Source of the DNA: Vicinamibacterales bacterium
GTDB taxonomy: Bacteria; Acidobacteriota; Vicinamibacteria; Vicinamibacterales; UBA8438
DNA: 64,000 nucleotides
Direction: 5' to 3'
Assembly: GCA_965200475.1 (NCBI GenBank)
Contig: CBDAUL010000004.1
Coordinates: 71,303 to 135,302, forward strand
Part shown: piece after piece, positions 19,712 through 29,747 of the stretch
Numbering within the stretch: position 1 is the first letter of the stretch
How the letters are laid out: each line of letters begins with the position of its first letter
Made by a program: the position numbers and the translations under genes
The notes under the pieces: generated by a model
The model's input: only the letters and a program-made list of their open reading frames with translations
Databases searched by the model: none
What the model was told of the DNA's origin: nothing

Positions 19712-21001
19712 ATGCAGAGTCACCGATCGACGCTCGTTGTCGGCCTGGTCGCGTGCGCCGTCCTGTGGGCGGCGGCGCCGAGCGGCGGCCAGGCGCAGCC
19801 GCCGACCGCCGTCCGCATGATCGCCGTCGAGGGCGAAGGCGCCGGCTACTGGCCGCGGTGGCGCGGCCCCTCCGGCCAGGGCCTCGTCGGCGACGCCGGC
19901 TACCCCGACCGCTGGAGCGCCACCGACAACGTCGTCTGGCGGGCGCCGGTCCCCGGCAGCGGCAACTCCTCGCCCATCGTGTGGGACGACCACATCTTCC
20001 TGACCACCGGACGCGACGCCGGCCGCCGCCTGTTCGTGCTCGCCTACCGGCGCAGCGACGGAGCCCTGCTCTGGGAGACCGAGGTGGCGCCCGGGCCGCG
20101 CGAATCGGTGCACCGCAAGAACGGGCCGGCGTCCGCCACGCCGGTGACCGACGGCGAGCGGGTGTACGCGTCGCTCGGCGGACGCGGCCTAGTGGCCCTC
20201 GACTTCGAGGGACGCCTGCTCTGGCACACGGAGATCGGCCGGGTCGCCAACTACCACGGGCCGGCCGGATCGCCGCTGCTCTACCGCGGCCGCCTCATCC
20301 TCTATCAGGACCAGCGCGGGGGCGGATTCGTCGCCGCGTACGACACGGCCACAGGCGCCCGGGTATGGCGCACCGCGCGCGACGCCAGCGTCGGCTGGGG
20401 CACGCCGGTGGCCATCCGCGTCGGCGACCGCGACGAGATCGTCGTCAGCAGCCAGCACACGGTCCGCGCCTACGACCCCGCCAGCGGCGGCGAGCTGTGG
20501 AGCTGCGACGGCAACCGGTTCGAGGTCATCCCGACCCCGGTGGTCGCGGCCGGCCTCGTCTTCTGCACCTCGGGCCGCGCGGGTCCCACGCTGGCGATCC
20601 GCCCCGGCGGGCGGGGCGACGTCACCCGCACCCACGTCGCCTGGTCGACGCCGCGCGGATCACCGTTCGTTCCCTCGCCGATCGCCTACGACGGCTACCT
20701 GTACACCATCAACGACATGGCGAGCATCGTCACCTGCTTCGACGCCGCCACCGGCGCCGTGCAGTGGCAGCAACGGCTCGGCCGCGCCATGCGCGAGGGA
20801 TTCTCCGCCTCGCCCGTGGCGGTGGACGGCAAGGTGTTCTTCACCAACGACAACGGCACCACCTTCGTCGTCCGGGCCGGACCGGACTTCGAGCTCCTCC
20901 ACACCAACGACATCGGCGCCCGCACGCTGGCCTCGCCCGCGCTCGTCGACGGACGCTGGTACATCCGCACGGAGGACGAGCTGATCGCCATCGGCCGATA
21001 G
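19712..21001 (+). CDS. PQQ-like beta-propeller repeat protein (BamB-like family), secreted
   Basis: WPRWRGP, SSPIVWDDHIF, ASATPVTDG, SASPVAVDGKVF and ASPALVDG repeats; signal peptide; GGAGG RBS. Confidence 0.88.
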   Translation: MQSHRSTLVVGLVACAVLWAAAPSGGQAQPPTAVRMIAVEGEGAGYWPRWRGPSGQGLVGDAGYPDRWSATDNVVWRAPVPGSGNSSPIVWDDHIFLTTGRDAGRRLFVLAYRRSDGALLWETEVAPGPRESVHRKNGPASATPVTDGERVYASLGGRGLVALDFEGRLLWHTEIGRVANYHGPAGSPLLYRGRLILYQDQRGGGFVAAYDTATGARVWRTARDASVGWGTPVAIRVGDRDEIVVSSQHTVRAYDPASGGELWSCDGNRFEVIPTPVVAAGLVFCTSGRAGPTLAIRPGGRGDVTRTHVAWSTPRGSPFVPSPIAYDGYLYTINDMASIVTCFDAATGAVQWQQRLGRAMREGFSASPVAVDGKVFFTNDNGTTFVVRAGPDFELLHTNDIGARTLASPALVDGRWYIRTEDELIAIGR

Positions 21002-21008
21002 AGGAGAC

Positions 21009-21971
21009 ATGGAGCGAGTCACGACCCGGCGCAACCCCAGCCCGAGCTGCCTGGTCTCCACCATCGCCACGTTCCTCGCGGGTCAGGACCTGATCGAGAC
21101 GGACGACATACACCGCTCGCTCGAGCACGAGATAACAGCCGCCGGACCCGCCGCCGTGTCGCGCCTGCTCGACCGCCTCGCGGACGGCGACAGCGCGTGG
21201 GGGTACTATCCGCCGGATCCCCTGGCGCGAAGAATGCACCACGTCCTCGCGGCCAAGCTCCTCCACCCCGACTGCACGCTGTCCGGCACCGCCAATCTCG
21301 AGGCCGTCCGCGACGAGCCCGTCGTCCTGTTCTCGAACCACCTGTCGTACGCGGACGCCAATCTCGTCGAGATCCTCGTCAAGCGCTCCCCCGCGTCCGA
21401 GCTGGCGGACCGGCTCACCGCCGTCGCCGGCCCGAAGGTGTACACCAACCGCCGCCGCCACTTCTCGAGCCTCTGCTTCGGCACCGTCCGCACGCCGCAG
21501 AGCCACGTCCTGTCGACCGGCGAGGCGACGATGAATGCGAGAGATGTCGCCCGCGCCGCCCGCCAGTCCATTGCCGCGGCCCACGAACGACTCCAGCAGG
21601 GGGACGCCCTGCTGGTCTTCGGCGAAGGGACCCGCAGCCGCCAGGGCACGTTGCAGCGCATGCTGGCGGCCGGCGCCCGCTACCTGGAGGCCTGCGACGC
21701 CCGGGTGCTGCCCATCGGCATCACCGGTACGGACGAGCTGTTCCCGATCGGCGAACCCGGCCTGCAGCCCGTCCGCGCCAACGTCACCGTCGGCCGCCCC
21801 CTGCGGGGCGCCGACCTCCTGCAGGCCAGCCAGGGCAACCGGCAGCTTCTCATGGACGCCGTCGGCGTCGCCGTCTCGGAAGTGCTCCCGGAGAGCTATC
21901 GCGGGGTGTACGCATCCGACTATCCGGCCTTGTGCGAGGCGCGGCGGCTGCTGGGTGATGTGCGGCGGTAG
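21009..21971 (+). CDS. Lysophospholipid/glycerol-3-phosphate acyltransferase (PlsC superfamily)
   Basis: NHLSYAD (HX4D) and FGEGTRS motifs. Confidence 0.88.
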   Translation: MERVTTRRNPSPSCLVSTIATFLAGQDLIETDDIHRSLEHEITAAGPAAVSRLLDRLADGDSAWGYYPPDPLARRMHHVLAAKLLHPDCTLSGTANLEAVRDEPVVLFSNHLSYADANLVEILVKRSPASELADRLTAVAGPKVYTNRRRHFSSLCFGTVRTPQSHVLSTGEATMNARDVARAARQSIAAAHERLQQGDALLVFGEGTRSRQGTLQRMLAAGARYLEACDARVLPIGITGTDELFPIGEPGLQPVRANVTVGRPLRGADLLQASQGNRQLLMDAVGVAVSEVLPESYRGVYASDYPALCEARRLLGDVRR

Positions 21972-21986
21972 CTTGCGGAGCAGGTC

Positions 21987-22823
21987 GTGAAGGTGACGGC
22001 AGGTCGCCCCGTCGAGCTCGCGCGCGGGCCTCACCTCGAATGGAATACCGCGGACCCCGTTGAGGTCCGGCGCCGAATCCGCGCCGGCCAGTATCGCGGC
22101 CAGACGGGAGGGCTGGCCAGAGGCTGCGTCCAGGCCAACGTAGTCATTCTGCCAGCGGCCTGCGCCGACGAGTTCGCCCGCTTCTGCCAGCGGAATCCCA
22201 AGCCCTGCCCGCTGCTGGCGATGTCCGAGCCGGGCAGCCCGCGCCTGCCGGAGCTCGCCGAAGACCTCGACCTGCGCACGGACGTCCCGAGCTATCGGGT
22301 CTTCCGCAACGGCGCGGTCGACAGGGACGTGGCGAGCATCGGCGATCTGTGGCGGGACGACTTCGTGGCGTTCGCGCTCGGCTGCTCCTTCTCGTTCGAG
22401 GAGGCCCTCGTCGACGCCGGTCTCCCCGTCCGTCACTGGCACGACGGCAGCGTGTGCCCGATGTACCTGACCGACATCGAGTGCGCGCCGGCCGGCCGGT
22501 TCGGCGGCCGCATGGTCGTGTCGATGCGGCCCTTTACGCCGGCCAACGCCATCAAGGCGGTGCAGATTACGAGCCGCTACCCGCGCGTGCACGGCGCGCC
22601 GGTCCATCTCGGCATGCCGGAACGCATCGGGATCGAGAACGTCGAGCGCGCGTGGCAGGGCGACGATCCGATGATCGCCGCCGGCGAGCTGCCGGTCTTC
22701 TGGGCCTGCGGCGTGACCCCGCAGGTGGCGTTGCGCGCGGCGCGCCCGCCCATCGCAATCACCCACACCCCGGCCCACATGCTCGTCACGGACGTCCGCA
22801 ACGCATCGCTGGCGCTCGGCTGA
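21987..22823 (+). CDS. Putative hydro-lyase (DUF1445 / D-glutamate cyclase-like)
   Basis: FCQRNPKPCPLL, LGCSFSFE, HGAPVH and PVFWACGVTPQ motifs. Confidence 0.9.
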   Translation: MKVTAGRPVELARGPHLEWNTADPVEVRRRIRAGQYRGQTGGLARGCVQANVVILPAACADEFARFCQRNPKPCPLLAMSEPGSPRLPELAEDLDLRTDVPSYRVFRNGAVDRDVASIGDLWRDDFVAFALGCSFSFEEALVDAGLPVRHWHDGSVCPMYLTDIECAPAGRFGGRMVVSMRPFTPANAIKAVQITSRYPRVHGAPVHLGMPERIGIENVERAWQGDDPMIAAGELPVFWACGVTPQVALRAARPPIAITHTPAHMLVTDVRNASLALG

Positions 22824-22863
22824 AGCGGCCCGGGAGTCCGCCGCAAGCGCCGGCAGTCGGCAG

Positions 22864-23394
22864 CTACGCGGCCCGCCGCCGGTAGCGGAGCTCGCGCCAA
22901 GAGGCGTAGGGACGCTCTAGGTCTAGGAAAACCCGCGACTCGCCGTCGGGGTGGAAACCCAGCGCCTCGTAGAAACTCCGCGCCCGCGCGTTGGTCTCCA
23001 GGACCCAGAGCACGATCTCCCCGAACCCGCGCGCGCGGGCTTCGGCCACGGCCCGCTCGCCCAGCCGGCGTCCGGTGCCGCGCCGCCACTCGGCCGGCAG
23101 CACGTAGAAGCTCGCGATCTCACCCGCGCCGCCGCCGCTCTCGTCCGGCGCCGGCTGCAACGTGCAGAAGCCCGTGACCGTCGCGCCGACGAGCGCCACG
23201 AACGTGCTGGTCCGCCGGCGCCCGAGCCAGCGCCTCCACGCCAGGGCGCGCGGTGCGGCGTCCGGCGGCGGGAGCAGTAGGGGCGTCAGGTGTGTCGGGA
23301 GCAGGTCGCTGCACGACGCGCGCAGGCTCGCCACGTGCACGTCGGCGATGGCCGCCGCGTCGTCGGGCGATGCGGCCCGGACGATCGCGCTCAT
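22864..23394 (-). CDS. GNAT family N-acetyltransferase
   Basis: YVLPAEWRRGTGRRL and LWVLETNARARSFYEALGF motifs. Confidence 0.88.
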   Translation of the reverse strand: MSAIVRAASPDDAAAIADVHVASLRASCSDLLPTHLTPLLLPPPDAAPRALAWRRWLGRRRTSTFVALVGATVTGFCTLQPAPDESGGGAGEIASFYVLPAEWRRGTGRRLGERAVAEARARGFGEIVLWVLETNARARSFYEALGFHPDGESRVFLDLERPYASWRELRYRRRAA

Positions 23395-23858
23395 CCGCGG
23401 ATCGGGATGTGCACGTCGGTCAGGAGCTCGTCCTCCGGCGTCTGCTGCGGGTTGTTGCGGTAGACCTCCACGCACGGACGTTCTTCCGCCACCTCGAGCC
23501 CGTTGGCGGGCATCCACTCCTGTATCAGCCCGCCATACGTCTCGGCGAGCTTCGCGTAGGAGCCGCGATGGGTCGCGACGGCGTAGCGGCCGCCGGCGAC
23601 CTCCTGAACCTCGACGCCGTCTCCCCCCTGCACGTCGGGCCCGACGACGATGCAGGCGTCGTAGCGCAGCTTCTCCGGCGGCGTCGTATCCGGGTCGTCG
23701 TGACAGAGCGCGAACGTCCGGGTGTCCGGTCCCAGCAGGCCGGCGCGGCCGGCCCACGCGAAGAGCCGCTCCCAGGTGGGACCGACCTCGGCATAGGAAC
23801 CCATGTGGCGCACGAAGGCGACGCGCGCCGGCTCGAGTGCGGTGACTTGCGCTTCCAT
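23391..23858 (-). CDS. GyrI-like small-molecule-binding domain protein
   Basis: VAFVRHMGSY, DDPDTTPPEKLRYDAC, GGRYAVATHRGSY and EVYRNNP motifs. Confidence 0.88.
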   Translation of the reverse strand: MEAQVTALEPARVAFVRHMGSYAEVGPTWERLFAWAGRAGLLGPDTRTFALCHDDPDTTPPEKLRYDACIVVGPDVQGGDGVEVQEVAGGRYAVATHRGSYAKLAETYGGLIQEWMPANGLEVAEERPCVEVYRNNPQQTPEDELLTDVHIPIRG

Positions 23859-24191
23859 GTCTGCTGCTCCCCGGCGAGGCGCCGAGACCGACTGCCCGGT
23901 GCGGACGCGGGCCGCAGGCGACAGCGGATCGCCCCGCCGACCAGGTACTATAACAGTGCCGCGGCCGTCCCTGGCCAGTGGGCGCCGGCGTCGTGCTCGC
24001 CGCGACGGCCGACAACGGAGCGGGACACGCGGGGAGGCAGCACGAGCGCCGGGGCCGGAGGATTTCCTGGACACGGGACGCGGAGACACACCGAGGGGAA
24101 CCGATGAGCACCATAGGCAACATCATCTGGATACTGCTCGGCGGCATCTGGATGAGCCTCGGCTGGGTCATCGCCGGGGTGATCATGTACC

Positions 24192-26031
24192 CACTAGTGT
24201 CCCACAGTTTCAGGTCCACGCGAGTGCCAGTTGCGGACGGTCGGGGTCTGGCGGCGCGTGTGTGGTGAACAGTTCGTGTAGTGGTCGACGTTCGAAGATG
24301 TTGAGCTGCAGCACCTGGAGCATCTGATTGAGGCTCCAGCGCAGCCGCAGGACGAATTTGAGATAGGCCAGCAGCAAGTACATGCAGGTGGCGATCCACA
24401 GTTGGGTCCAGACGGCGTTCTTCGACCGGCCGATGAAGCGCTTGACCTTCAGATGCTGCTTGATCCACTTGAAGAACAGCTCGATCTGCCAGCGAGACTT
24501 GTAGATGTCGGCGATCGTCTTGGCGACCCAGGTGGTGTTGTTGGTCACGAACACGTAGCGGTTCTTCGTCTGCGGGTCGCGGTAGACCACCCGGCGCAAC
24601 GGGTCGGGGTAGGCCTTGCCGCTGCGGGCGCTCGTCAGTTCGATCCGCTGGTCGGCGAGCACGCCGGTCTCCGGCCGAAAGTCGTGCTCGTGGGTGACCC
24701 GGTAGCGCACGCCCCGCTTGAGGCGGGTGACGAACGTCACCGAACGGGTCTGCAATTGATCACTAGTGTCCCACAGTTTCAGGTCCACGCGAGTGCCAGT
24801 TGCGGACGGTCGGGGTCTGGCGGCGCGTGTGTGGTGAACAGTTCGTGTAGTGGTCGACGTTCGAAGATGTTGAGCTGCAGCACCTGGAGCATCTGATTGA
24901 GGCTCCAGCGCAGCCGCAGGACGAATTTGAGATAGGCCAGCAGCAAGTACATGCAGGTGGCGATCCACAGTTGGGTCCAGACGGCGTTCTTCGACCGGCC
25001 GATGAAGCGCTTGACCTTCAGATGCTGCTTGATCCACTTGAAGAACAGCTCGATCTGCCAGCGAGACTTGTAGATGTCGGCGATCGTCTTGGCGACCCAG
25101 GTGGTGTTGTTGGTCACGAACACGTAGCGGTTCTTCGTCTGCGGGTCGCGGTAGACCACCCGGCGCAACGGGTCGGGGTAGGCCTTGCCGCTGCGGGCGC
25201 TCGTCAGTTCGATCCGCTGGTCGGCGAGCACGCCGGTCTCCGGCCGAAAGTCGTGCTCGTGGGTGACCCGGTAGCGCACGCCCCGCTTGAGGCGGGTGAC
25301 GAACGTCACCGAACGGGTCTGCAATTGATGCAGCCACTTGAAATCGAGATACGCACGGTCGGCCACGACCACGCTGCCGGCCGGAAACCGCCACGTGCGG
25401 GCGACGGTCACGTCGCCGCGCTTGCCTTCGGTGAGGCTGACGAAGCTCGGCAACTGGCCCGCCTGGTCGAGCCCGACATGCAGCTTGACCGCGGCTTTCG
25501 TGCGGCGAAACGTGGCCCACGGGAAGAGGGCCAGGCACAGGTCGATAGTCGATGCATCGACCGCATACAGCTTGTGCTTGAAGCGGAAGCGGTGGCCCGG
25601 CGCCTGCTGCTGACAGCGGCTCAGCAGACGGGAGAACACCGCCTCGTAGAGCGTATACGGCTGCTCGGCGTTGACCCGTGCCAACGAGGAACGACTGACG
25701 GTCCGCACGCCCAGGTGATAGAGCTTGCTGGATTGGACCTGCAGGTTGGCCACGATGTCGCGCAGGCTCTGCCGGCCCGTCACCTGGCCCAGCCCGAGCG
25801 CGACGAACTGCGCCCAGCGGCTCATCACCCGCAGGCGCTGGCCGCGCTGATGCTCGCGCGACTCGGCGTCGAATTCATGTCGCGGAAGCAACGCGAGAAA
25901 CTGCCCGAAGACTGTGTTATGATGGGCCACGGCTTGGATCTCCTGTGTTTTGAATGATTTGTGGCAAAACCATTCTAACAGACATAGAAGGTTCAAGCCG
26001 CCTAAATTAGAAATCCCGTGGGACAGCAGTG
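24192..26031 (-). mobile_element. IS4-family element: complete copy 24761..26031 plus tandem 569-bp partial copy 24192..24760
   Basis: TIRs CACTAGTGTCCCAC / CACTGCTGTCCCAC (reverse complement); 9-bp TSD TCATGTACC at 24183-24191 and 26032-26040; 24192-24760 repeats 24761-25329. Confidence 0.93.
24779..25930 (-). CDS. IS4 family transposase (DUF4372 + DDE)
   Basis: AVDASTI, VADRAY and YKSRWQIELFFKWIKQ (YREK) motifs; GTG start at 25930. Confidence 0.93.
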   Translation of the reverse strand: MAHHNTVFGQFLALLPRHEFDAESREHQRGQRLRVMSRWAQFVALGLGQVTGRQSLRDIVANLQVQSSKLYHLGVRTVSRSSLARVNAEQPYTLYEAVFSRLLSRCQQQAPGHRFRFKHKLYAVDASTIDLCLALFPWATFRRTKAAVKLHVGLDQAGQLPSFVSLTEGKRGDVTVARTWRFPAGSVVVADRAYLDFKWLHQLQTRSVTFVTRLKRGVRYRVTHEHDFRPETGVLADQRIELTSARSGKAYPDPLRRVVYRDPQTKNRYVFVTNNTTWVAKTIADIYKSRWQIELFFKWIKQHLKVKRFIGRSKNAVWTQLWIATCMYLLLAYLKFVLRLRWSLNQMLQVLQLNIFERRPLHELFTTHAPPDPDRPQLALAWT

Positions 26032-26422
26032 TCATGTACCTGACCGTGATCGGCATCCCCTGGGGCCGGTCGTGCTTCGTCATCGCCGGCTTCACGCTGC
26101 TTCCGTTCGGGAACGAGGCCGTGCCGCGGGTGCTGGTGACGGGAAGGGACGACGTGGGAACCGGAGACGCCGGCCTGGTGGGCAACATCATATGGCTGCT
26201 GCTGGCAGGCTGGTGGCTTGCGCTGGGTCACATCGTGACCGGCATAGGCATCTGCCTGACGGTGATCGGCATCCCGTTCGGCATTCAGCACCTCAAGCTG
26301 GCCGGCATGTCGCTGATGCCGATCGGCAAGACCATCGTGCCGAAGGAGGTCGCCGCGCAACTGCGCCGGAGGCCGATGACCGTGCGATAGCGAGGCGGTC
26401 ACTTCATGGGAGACGCTCGGTA

Positions 26423-27496
26423 ATGCCGATTCGGCGTGTGGTGGCATTGGTCGCACTGATCACGCTCGGGTCCTTCGCGAAAGTCAACGCACAGGATTCC
26501 ACCAGTCTTCTGAACTGGCTGGAGCCCCCGCCGTTTCTCGAAGGCACGGACCTCTTCTGGACTCTCCAGGACGACTTTGGAAGCCAGGGCCCCCAGAGCA
26601 CGTTCCCCCACCTGCTCGAGGCGGATATCTTTCCGCACTTCATCCTCGCCTTCGGGGCGCAATGCCGCAACACGTCGCCGGACGTAATGGCCGCCTTGCG
26701 GAACATATTTCGGCCGTGCGTTTCCATCACGCCCGCCGTCCGCCTGCGCATGTTGAAGCGGGAATCGACGCCCATACCGGCGCCCTCGTTCATGCCCCGC
26801 GTCAACGTTCAGTGGTTGTTCCGGCAGGGCGACGACAAGTTGTGGAACGTCTATGCTCAGGTCGGGCATCACTCGAACGGCCAGAGCGGTTGCCTGTTCG
26901 TTTGGACCGGAGTGGAGGGCCGGAACGCGCCTTGTGTCGATTACGACCGGGACCCCGAGTCCGCGGACCACGCCGTGGCCGACCACTTTCGACGCTGGGA
27001 AGGCGAAGAGCCGGCAGGCCTGCCGGACCTCGAGCGGGGCTTCATCCAGGCCGACAGGCTCAACGGAAACTTCGCGGTGAACTACGTCCGATTCGGTGTC
27101 GACTGGGCGATCTACCGCCGCCCCGGCATCAGTTGGCGTCTCGGCGCGAGTTACGAGCACAGTCCGGACCGCTGGATGTTCCGTCCCCTGCGACAGTTCT
27201 ATCCGGACAAGCGTGTGGATGGTGTCGTCGGCTTCTCCTACGGGAGTCTTCGGCTGTGCAGGCGCCTGGACCTGTCTGCCAATATCCGGGGGTGGCGAAG
27301 GGAGAAGCGGATCGAGCTCCCGGACAGGCCCATGGTGCTGCAACTGACCTGCCTGGTGAGCGAGGAGCAGGGAGTCGGGTTCTTCGTGCGATACTACCGG
27401 GACTACGACTATTACAACGCGTCATTCCTCGACAACATCAGTCGTTTCCACGTCGGGTTCACGATCAATCGACTGAAGGCATTCGGCCTGGGATAA
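26423..27496 (+). CDS. Secreted/outer-membrane beta-barrel protein, phospholipase A (OMPLA)-like
   Basis: Signal peptide; GHHSNGQ resembles the OMPLA HxSNG catalytic motif; amphipathic beta strands; C-terminal DYYN..FHVGF. Confidence 0.55.
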   Translation: MPIRRVVALVALITLGSFAKVNAQDSTSLLNWLEPPPFLEGTDLFWTLQDDFGSQGPQSTFPHLLEADIFPHFILAFGAQCRNTSPDVMAALRNIFRPCVSITPAVRLRMLKRESTPIPAPSFMPRVNVQWLFRQGDDKLWNVYAQVGHHSNGQSGCLFVWTGVEGRNAPCVDYDRDPESADHAVADHFRRWEGEEPAGLPDLERGFIQADRLNGNFAVNYVRFGVDWAIYRRPGISWRLGASYEHSPDRWMFRPLRQFYPDKRVDGVVGFSYGSLRLCRRLDLSANIRGWRREKRIELPDRPMVLQLTCLVSEEQGVGFFVRYYRDYDYYNASFLDNISRFHVGFTINRLKAFGLG

Positions 27497-28267
27497 TCAG
27501 TCCAGGTCCGCGAGCACCGGCGCGTGGTCGGACACGGTGTGGCCGTCCTGCTTCTTGCGGTACTCGCGATCGATCTCGACGCGGCGCACCCGGGACGCCA
27601 CGGCGGCGGTGCCGAGCAGCAGGTCGATGCGCAGGCCCAGGCCGCGGTGGAAGCAGCCGCCCCGGTAGTCCCACCAGGAGAACTTCCGCTCGTCCGGGTG
27701 CAGGTGGCGGAACAGGTCCGTGAGCCCCAGCTCGAGGAGCGCCCGGTAGCGGGCGCGCTCTTCGGCGGTGCAGAAGATCGAGCCGTCGGCGGCCTCGCCC
27801 TCCCAGCAGTCCAGCGCCGCGGGCACGATGTTGAAGTCGCCGCCGATGACGAAGGCGGAGTCCCGATCCATGCCCGCGAGGTGGTCGCGGAGCGCGTCGA
27901 ACCAGGCGAGCTTCAGCGGGAAGTCGGGATGGTCGAGCGTCTTGCCGTTGGGGCAGTACACCGTGGCGAAGTGGAGGCCCTCGACCCGCACGCGCAGCAG
28001 GCGCGCGCCGTCGTCCTCGCGGCCGGGCAGCCCCCGGGTGTCCACCTCCGCCGGCGCGCGGCTGAGCACCGCCACGCCGTTCCAGCCCTTCTGGCCGTGG
28101 ACCACCGTGCGGTAGCCGAGCGCCTCGAACTCCGCGCGGGGAAACTCCTCGTCGCTCACCTTCACTTCCTGCAGGCCGACCACGTCCGGCGCGCGGCGCT
28201 GCAGCCAGTGCAGGAGCAGGCCCATGCGCGCCCTCAGGCCGTTCACGTTCCAGGTCGCGATGCGCAT
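27497..28267 (-). CDS. xth: Exodeoxyribonuclease III
   Basis: ATWNVNGLRAR, LQEVK, GDFNI, FSWWDYR, GLRIDL and SDHAPV motifs. Confidence 0.95.
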   Translation of the reverse strand: MRIATWNVNGLRARMGLLLHWLQRRAPDVVGLQEVKVSDEEFPRAEFEALGYRTVVHGQKGWNGVAVLSRAPAEVDTRGLPGREDDGARLLRVRVEGLHFATVYCPNGKTLDHPDFPLKLAWFDALRDHLAGMDRDSAFVIGGDFNIVPAALDCWEGEAADGSIFCTAEERARYRALLELGLTDLFRHLHPDERKFSWWDYRGGCFHRGLGLRIDLLLGTAAVASRVRRVEIDREYRKKQDGHTVSDHAPVLADLD

Positions 28268-28283
28268 GGAGCCAGTATGGCGG

Positions 28284-29657
28284 TCAGGCGGCCACGTCGA
28301 GATAGCGCAGGAAGAGCGTCGCGAGGCCCAGGAAGGCGAAGAAGCCGAACATGTCGGTCAGCGTGGTGATGAAGACGGCGGACGCCAGCGCCGGGTCGAT
28401 CTTCAGCGCGCGCAGGGCAATCGGGATGAGGGTGGCGGCGACGGCGGCCACCAGCAGGTTGACCACCATGGCCAGCGCCAGGATGCCGCCGAAGTACGGG
28501 TTGCCCACCACGGCCCAGGCCACGCCCGCGCCCACGAGCCCCAGCAGGAGGCCGTTGCCCAGCCCGACCAGCGCCTCCTTCCACAGCACCTTGCGGGAGT
28601 TGCTCCAGGTGAGCTCGCCGAGGGCGATGCCGCGCACCACCACGGTGAGCGTCTGGGTGGCCGCGTTGCCGCCCATGCTGGCGACGATCGTCATGAAGGC
28701 CGCCAGCGCCACGACCTGGTCGATGGTGGACTGGTAGTAGCGCACGACGAACGCCGCCAGAATCGCCGTCAGCAGGTTGATGCCGAGCCACGGCAGGCGC
28801 TTGCGCCAGGCTTCGCGCGCCGAGGTAGAGACGTGCTCGTCGCTCGACATGCCGGCCATCCGGTAGATGTCCTCGGTCGCCTCGTCCTTGATGATGTCGA
28901 TGACGTCGTCGACCGTGATGATCCCCACCAGCTTGTTCTGCTCGTCGACGACCGGCAGCGCGAGCAGGTTGTAGGACGCCACCGTCTCGGCGACCTCCTC
29001 CTGGTCCATGTCGACCCGCGCGCTGACCAGATCGGTCGTCCCGATGCGCGTGAGCGGCGTCTCGGGCGCCACCAGCAGCAGGCGCCGCAGCGAGACGACC
29101 CCGACGAGGTGCCGCCGCTCGTCGACGAGATAGAGATAGAAGACCATCTCGACCTCGCGCGACTGCTGCAGCGCGGCAATCGCCTCGCCGGCCGTCAGGT
29201 CCTCGGCCAGCGCGAAGACGTTGGGGTTCATGATGCGGCCGGCGGTCTGGTCGTCGTACTCGAGCAGGTGCTGGACGTCGCCCGATTCCTTCTGCCGCAT
29301 CGACTCGAGCACGGCGGCCGACAGCTCGTCGGGCAGCTCGCCCAGCAGGGCGGCCGCGTCGTCCGAGGGCAGGTCCTGGAACAGCCGGGCCAGCTCCTCG
29401 GCCGGATAGTCCACCAGCATGGCGGCGGCTATCTCCGAGTCCAGCTCGGTGAGCGCCTCCATCGCCAGGCGGCCGTTGTGGCCCAGCAGCGTGTTGAAGA
29501 CGGACCGGCGGCCGCGGTCGGGCAGGCTGGCGAAGACCTCAGCGAGGTCGGCGGGATGCTGCTTCTGGAGCAGGTTGACCAGGTTCGCGGTCGCGCCTAT
29601 CCGCTGCAGGCGCTTGACCGAGTCGAGAACGACGTCGATTCTGCGCTGGGGCGGCAT
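28284..29657 (-). CDS. mgtE: Magnesium transporter MgtE
   Basis: MgtE-N domain, CBS pair, RLPWL, GGNAATQT and IDPALASAVFITTLTD motifs. Confidence 0.95.
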   Translation of the reverse strand: MPPQRRIDVVLDSVKRLQRIGATANLVNLLQKQHPADLAEVFASLPDRGRRSVFNTLLGHNGRLAMEALTELDSEIAAAMLVDYPAEELARLFQDLPSDDAAALLGELPDELSAAVLESMRQKESGDVQHLLEYDDQTAGRIMNPNVFALAEDLTAGEAIAALQQSREVEMVFYLYLVDERRHLVGVVSLRRLLLVAPETPLTRIGTTDLVSARVDMDQEEVAETVASYNLLALPVVDEQNKLVGIITVDDVIDIIKDEATEDIYRMAGMSSDEHVSTSAREAWRKRLPWLGINLLTAILAAFVVRYYQSTIDQVVALAAFMTIVASMGGNAATQTLTVVVRGIALGELTWSNSRKVLWKEALVGLGNGLLLGLVGAGVAWAVVGNPYFGGILALAMVVNLLVAAVAATLIPIALRALKIDPALASAVFITTLTDMFGFFAFLGLATLFLRYLDVAA

Positions 29658-29747
29658 GGGAATGACCCGGGCGGGAGGAGTCCAGTCGTTGTTCCACTAT
29701 TTCTGGTCCAGAGCCCTTCAGTGTACCACAGCGCGTCGCCGGTCCCG

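Larger units (their letters stand above)
24104..26390 (+). pseudogene. yccF: YccF-family membrane protein interrupted by IS4
   Basis: MSTIGNIIWILLGG...VIMY joins in frame to LTVIGIPWG...GNIIW...IGIPFGIQHLKLA once the IS and one TSD copy are removed. Confidence 0.9.

Noticed and set aside
24210-25538. 442-aa ORF ending in a transposase C-terminus
   Set aside because: Artefact of reading through the IS4 tandem duplication junction
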